Below, piece after piece: positions 59,172 through 64,000 of a stretch of DNA of 64,000 nt. Origin of the DNA: Scyliorhinus canicula (lineage: Eukaryota); contig NC_052146.1 in the NCBI RefSeq assembly GCF_902713615.1, positions 202,697,199 to 202,761,198 on the forward strand, written 5' to 3'. Position numbers and translations under genes: made by a program. A model generated the notes under the pieces. That model did not search any database. It worked only from the letters and a program-made list of their open reading frames with translations, and was not told the origin of the DNA. Each line of letters begins with the position of its first letter. The first letter of the stretch is position 1.

Positions 59172-60118
59172 GATGTGGAGATGCCGGCGTTGGACTGGGG
59201 TGAGCAGAGTAAGAAGTCTTACAACACCAGGTTAAAGCCCAACAGGTTTGTTTCAAACACTAGCTTGCCAGGTGAATGAAGAGGTATGTTCTAGAAACAT
59301 ATATATAGACAAATTCAAAGATGCAAGACAATGCTTAGAATGCGAGCATTTGCAGGTAATGAAGTCTTCACCGATCCAGAGATAGGGGTAACCCCAGGTT
59401 AAAGAGGTGTGAATTATCTCAAGCCAGGACAGTTGGTAGGATTTCGCAAGCCCAGGCCAGAATGTGGGGGATGAATGTAATGAGACATGAATCCCAGGTC
59501 CCGGTTGAGACCGCACTCATGTGCGGAACTTGGCTATAAGTTTCTGCTTGGCAATTCTGCGTTGTCGCGCGTCCTGAAGGCCGCCTTGGAGAACGCTTAC
59601 TCGGAGATCAGATTCGAATGAACGGACATTGCACGACAATCACCAGGCAGGAATGTTCCCTTCCAGTTGGGGAACACTTCAGCAGTCAAGGGCATTCAAC
59701 CTTTGATCTTCTCCAAAGCAGCTGACAGGACACACAACGCAGAATCGCCGAGCAGAAACTTATAGCCAAGTTCTGCACACATGAGTGCGGGTTCAACTGG
59801 GACCTGGGATTCATGTTGCATTACATTCATCCCCCACCATCTGACCTGAGCTTGCAAAATCCTACCAACTGTCCTGGCTTGAGACAATTCACACCTCTTT
59901 CACCTGGGGTTACCCCTATCTCTGGATCTGTAAAGACTTAATTACCTGCAAATGCTTGCATTTTAAGCATTGTCTTGCATCTTTGAATTTGTCTATATAT
60001 ATATATATATTTCTGGAACATATCTTCAATCACCTGAGGAAGGAGCAGTGCTCCGAAAGCTAGTGTTTAAAACAAACCTGTTGGATGTTAACGTGGTGTT
60101 GTCAGACTTCTTACTGTG
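59172..60118. mobile_element. Two Penelope-like 3' ends in inverted (head-to-head) orientation
   Basis: 59172-59610 is the reverse complement of the family 3' end; 59612-60118 is forward. Confidence 0.9.
60028..60068 (+). ncRNA. Minimal type-I hammerhead ribozyme motif in Penelope terminus
   Basis: aaTCAC CTGAGGA A GGAGC-AGT-GCTCC GAAA GC TA GTGttt: stem I, CUGANGA, 5-bp stem II, GAAA, palindromic AGCU stem III, UH site. Confidence 0.7.
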
Positions 60119-60599
60119 CCAAAAAAAGACATATTGCTGAAACTTTGTCTTGTACTCATGGAGGACAAACTCAAGAATGCCAAATTTTGAATAATCACAA
60201 TTTATACAACAGGAGAAAAGGGTTCTGATGGTTTGCAAAGTCAACTTCGACTGACTGAAGCATTGCTAGGGAGTAAGCAATAATTTGTCAGTGTCCATTT
60301 GCCCACTAGCATCTTTTAACTCATCGGGACAAATGCGAGAATGCCAAATTTCAAACATCACAATGATTGTGCAGGAAGGGATTCTTGTGGGCCAAAAGTT
60401 GTCTCTTGAGTGCCAGGGAGAAAGCAACTTACCAACCCCATCAACACCTTTTTCGCCTGCCGTATTAGAGGCAATCTTATGCAGCGTGTCTCTCTGTCAG
60501 CACCAACCTGTGTAGGTTGGCGATGTCGCTTTTCTCCACCCTCCCCAGTTGCCGCTTGTAGTCTCTACAGTGGCGACTTTAAGTTATATATATTTTAAA

Positions 60600-61150
60600 A
60601 AGTCGGCTAAAAGCGTGAGGCCTGCGCCTTTAAGCAGGTGTCACTAGGGCCTCTCTCCCGACCGGGACCTCGCTGCAAAGTGATGGCTTCTCGGGACTGC
60701 TGTGGACTGAGGCGGGCACGGGGCAACAGCGGAGGCCGGGGCTGCTCGCACTGAGCGTCAGGCGCTTGGATCCCGGGCCTCGAGCTCCCCTCCCTCCAGC
60801 CCCGATCCTGGGCCATGTTCCTGTGGAAAAGCCGCTGGGTGATCGGGCGGGCGGTGAGCCGGCCGGTGATATTTGACGGCCCATACTGCTGGGCCCATAC
60901 GCGGCTGCTGAGCTCGGCTGGACCCGGGGCGGGGAGGAGGCGCCTGGTGCCCGGCTCCGGACTCGCCTGGTGGTCCTCCCCCCACGCCAGAGGCCGGCGG
61001 CGGGAGGTCGCCCACGGGTGCGGCGGCCGCGACTATGGGATCGGCAAAGCGTTCACTAAGAAGGAAGCTGCCCGGCCCTACCCGCCGCGGAGGGTCGGAG
61101 AGAAGGAGCAGGGCGAGGAGAGGGCGACAGGGCCTCCGGAGCTGGTAAGC
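60600..61150 (+). promoter_or_regulatory. CpG island at CRLS1 5' end
   Basis: Abrupt rise in GC and CpG around the exon. Confidence 0.75.
60815..61144 (+). CDS. CRLS1: Cardiolipin synthase 1, coding exon 1 (mitochondrial targeting region)
   Basis: GCCATG in CpG island; Arg-rich 110-aa ORF ending ...GPPEL with phase-0 donor CTG|GTAAGC; CRLS1 is the gene expected downstream of MCM8. Called mainly by synteny because this region is poorly conserved. Confidence 0.72.
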
Positions 61151-61159
61151 AGATAATCC

Positions 61160-64000
61160 CTCACTCCCAGTCCCTCACTCCCTCCACCTCTCCCACATTC
61201 ACTCCCTCCGCCTCTCCCTCATTCACTCCCTCCGCCTCTCCCTCATTCACTCCCTCCGCCTCTCCCTCATTCACTCCCTCCGCCTCTCCCTCATTCACTC
61301 CCTCCCGCCTCTCCCTCCTTCACTCCCTCCGCCTCTCCCTCATTCACTCCCTCCGCCTCTCCCTCATTCACTCCCTCCGCCTCTCCCTCCTTCACTCCCT
61401 CCGCCTCTCCCTCATTCACTCCCTCCGCCTCTCCCTCATTCACTCCCTCCGCCTCTCCCTCATTCACTCCCTCCGCCTCTCCCTCATTCACTCCCTCCGC
61501 CTCTCCCTCATTCACTCCCTCCGCCTCTCCCTCATTCACTCCCTCCGCCTCTCCCTCATTCCCTCCCGCATTCCTCCATTCACTCCCCCTTTCCCTCCCT
61601 CCGCCTCTCCCTCACACTCTCCCCTCTCCCTCACCTCTCATCTCCCTCCGCCTCCCCTCTTCACTCCCTCCCTCTCTCCCTCCGCCTCTCCCTCCTTCCC
61701 TCCCTCCGCCTCTCCCTCCTCCTTCCCTCCGCCTCCTCACTCCTTCCTCCCTCCCCCTCACTCCTCCTCACCCTCCCCCTCCCCCTCTCCCCTCCCCTCC
61801 CCTCCTCCCTCTCTCCTCTCCCTTCCTCCCCTCCTCCCTCTCCCTCCTTCCCCCCCCCTCTCCCTCTCCTCATCCCTCCGCCGCTCCCTCCTTCACCTCC
61901 CTCCCGCTCCTCCCTCCCTCCTCTCCCCCCTCCCCTCCTTCCTCCCTCCCCCGCCCTCCTCCTCCCCCCCCCCCCCTCCTCCCCTCCCCCGCCGCCCCTC
62001 CTCCCCTCCCTCCCCCCCTCCCTCCTTCCCTCCCTCCGCCGCTCCCTCCTTCCCTCCCTCCGCCGCTCCCTCCTTCCCTCCCTCCGCCGCTCCCTCCTTC
62101 CCTCCCTCCGCCGCTCCCTCCTTCCCTCCCTCCGCCGCTCCCTCCTTCCCTCCCTCCGCCGCTCCCTCCTTCCCTCCCTCCGCCGCTCCCTCCTTCCCTC
62201 CCTCCGCCGCTCCCTCCTTCCCTCCCTCCGCCGCTCCCTCCTTCCCTCCCTCCGCCGCTCCCTCCTTCCCTCCCTCCGCCGCTCCCTCCTTCCCTCCCTC
62301 CGCCCCTCCCTCCTTCCCTCCCTCCGCCCCTCCCTCCGCCCTCCCTCCGCCCCTCCCTCCCTCCCTCCCTCCGCCCCTCCCTCCCTCCCTCCGCCCCTCC
62401 CTCCGCCCCTCCCTCCGCCCTCCCTCCGCCCCTCCCTCCGCCCCTCCCTCCGCCCCTCCCTCCGCCCTCCCTCCCCCTCCCTCCGCCCTCCCTCCGCCGC
62501 TCCCTCCTTCCCTCCCTCCGCCNNNNNNNNNNNNNNNNNNNNNNNNNNNNNNNNNNNNNNNNNNNNNNNNNNNNNNNNNNNNNNNNNNNNNNNNNNNNNN
62601 NNNNNNNNNNNNNNNNNNNNNNNNNNNNNNNNNNNNNNNNNNNNNNNNNNNNNNNNNNNNNNNNNNNNNNNNNNNNNNNNNNNNNNNNNNNNNNNNNNNN
62701 NNNNNNNNNNNNNNNNNNNNNNNNNNNNNNNNNNNNNNNNNNNNNNNNNNNNNNNNNNNNNNNNNNNNNNNNNNNNNNNNNNNNNNNNNNNNNNNNNNNN
62801 NNNNNNNNNNNTCCTCCCTCCCTCCGCCGCTCCCTCCTTCCTTCCCTCCCTCCCGCCGCTCCCTTCCTTCCTTCCCTCCCCTCCTGCCGCCTGCCCCTCC
62901 TCCTTCCCTCCCTCCGCCGCTCCCTCCTTCCTTCCCTCCCTCCGCCGCTTCCCCTCCTTCCTTCCCATCCCTCCGCCGCTCCCTCCTTCCTTCCCTCCCT
63001 CTCCGCCGCTCCCTCCTTCCTTCCCTCCCTCCGCCGCTCCATCCTTCCTTCCCTCCCTCCGCCGCTCCCTCCTTCCTTCCCTCCCTCCGCCGCTCCCTCC
63101 TTCCTTCCCTCCCTCCCGCCGCTCCCAGTCCTTCCTTCCTCCCTCCGCCGCTCCCATCCTTCCTTCCCTCCCTCCGCCGTCCCTCCTTCCTTCCCTCCCT
63201 CCGCCGCTCCCTCCTTCCTTCCCCCCTCCGCCGCTCCCCCTCCTTCCTTCCTCCCTCCGCCGCTCCCTCCTTCCTGCCCTCCCTCCGCCGCTCCCTCCTT
63301 CCTTCACCTCCCTCCGCCGCCCCTCCTTCCTCCCTCCGCCGCTCCCTCCTTCCTNNNNNNNNNNNNNNNNNNNNNNNNNNNNNNNNNNNNNNNNNNNNNN
63401 NNNNNNNNNNNNNNNNNNNNNNNNNNNNNNNNNNNNNNNNNNNNNNNNNNNNNNNNNNNNNNNNNNNNNNNNNNNNNNNNNNNNNNNNNNCTCCCTCCTC
63501 CGCCGCTCCCTCCTTCCTTCCCTCCCTCCGCCGCTCCTCCTTCCTTCCCTCCCTCCGCCGCTCCCTCCTTCCTTCCCTCCCTCCGCCGCTCCCTCCTTCC
63601 TTCCCTCCCTCCCCGCCCCCCCCCCCCCTCCCTCCGCCGCTCCCTCCTTCCTTCCCTCCCTCCGCCGCTCCCTCCTTCCTTCCCCTCCCTCCGCCGCTCC
63701 CTCCTTCCTTCCCTCCCTCCGCCGCTCCCTCCTTCCTTCCCTCCCTCCGCCGCTCCCCTCCTTCCTTCCCTCCCTCCCCGCTCCCCCTTCCTTNNNNNNN
63801 NNNNNNNNNNNNNNNNNNNNNNNNNNNNNNNNNNNNNNNNNNNNNNNNNNNNNNNNNNNNNNNNNNNNNNNNNNNNNNNNNNNNNNNNNNNNNNNNNNNN
63901 NNNNNNNNNNNNNNNNNNNNNNNNNNNNNNNNNTCCTTCCCTCCCTCCGCCGCTCCCTCCTTCCTTCCCTCCCTCCGCCGCTCCCTCCTTCCTTCCCTCC
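61160..64000. repeat. CT-rich tandem satellite (24-, 21- and 25-bp units) with N gaps, CRLS1 intron 1
   Basis: CACTCCCTCCGCCTCTCCCTCATT x~15, then CCCTCCGCCGCTCCCTCCTTC arrays. Confidence 0.95.

Noticed and set aside
61291-63307. 548-aa, 390-aa and (GEAEGVNE)n ORFs
   Set aside because: Translations of a CT satellite spanning N gaps

Overview
Vertebrate genomic DNA, almost certainly elasmobranch (shark/catshark-type SINE, CR1, L1 and Penelope repeats). It carries the conserved TRMT6-MCM8-CRLS1 block. TRMT6 is on the minus strand with coding exons 1-6 present; its 3' part lies beyond the left edge. MCM8 is head-to-head with TRMT6 across a CpG-rich bidirectional promoter, complete with 18 coding exons and about 827 aa, but with an apparent +1 frameshift in a T9 run and a GC-AG intron. 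The first coding exon of CRLS1 follows, then a CT-rich satellite with assembly gaps. Introns are packed with nested transposable elements. The most interesting non-genic signals are: (i) minimal hammerhead-ribozyme motifs at the Penelope-like element ends, one with an intact core and one inside an 87-bp TSD-flanked micro-insertion; (ii) an ORF1-only, polyadenylated, TSD-flanked 'half-L1' element; (iii) a degenerate two-gene PIF/Harbinger transposon plus related MITEs, one in the MCM8 3' UTR. Most long ORFs in the supplied track are TE remnants or repeat artefacts. All gene and family calls come from recognising motifs by eye; no database search was run.
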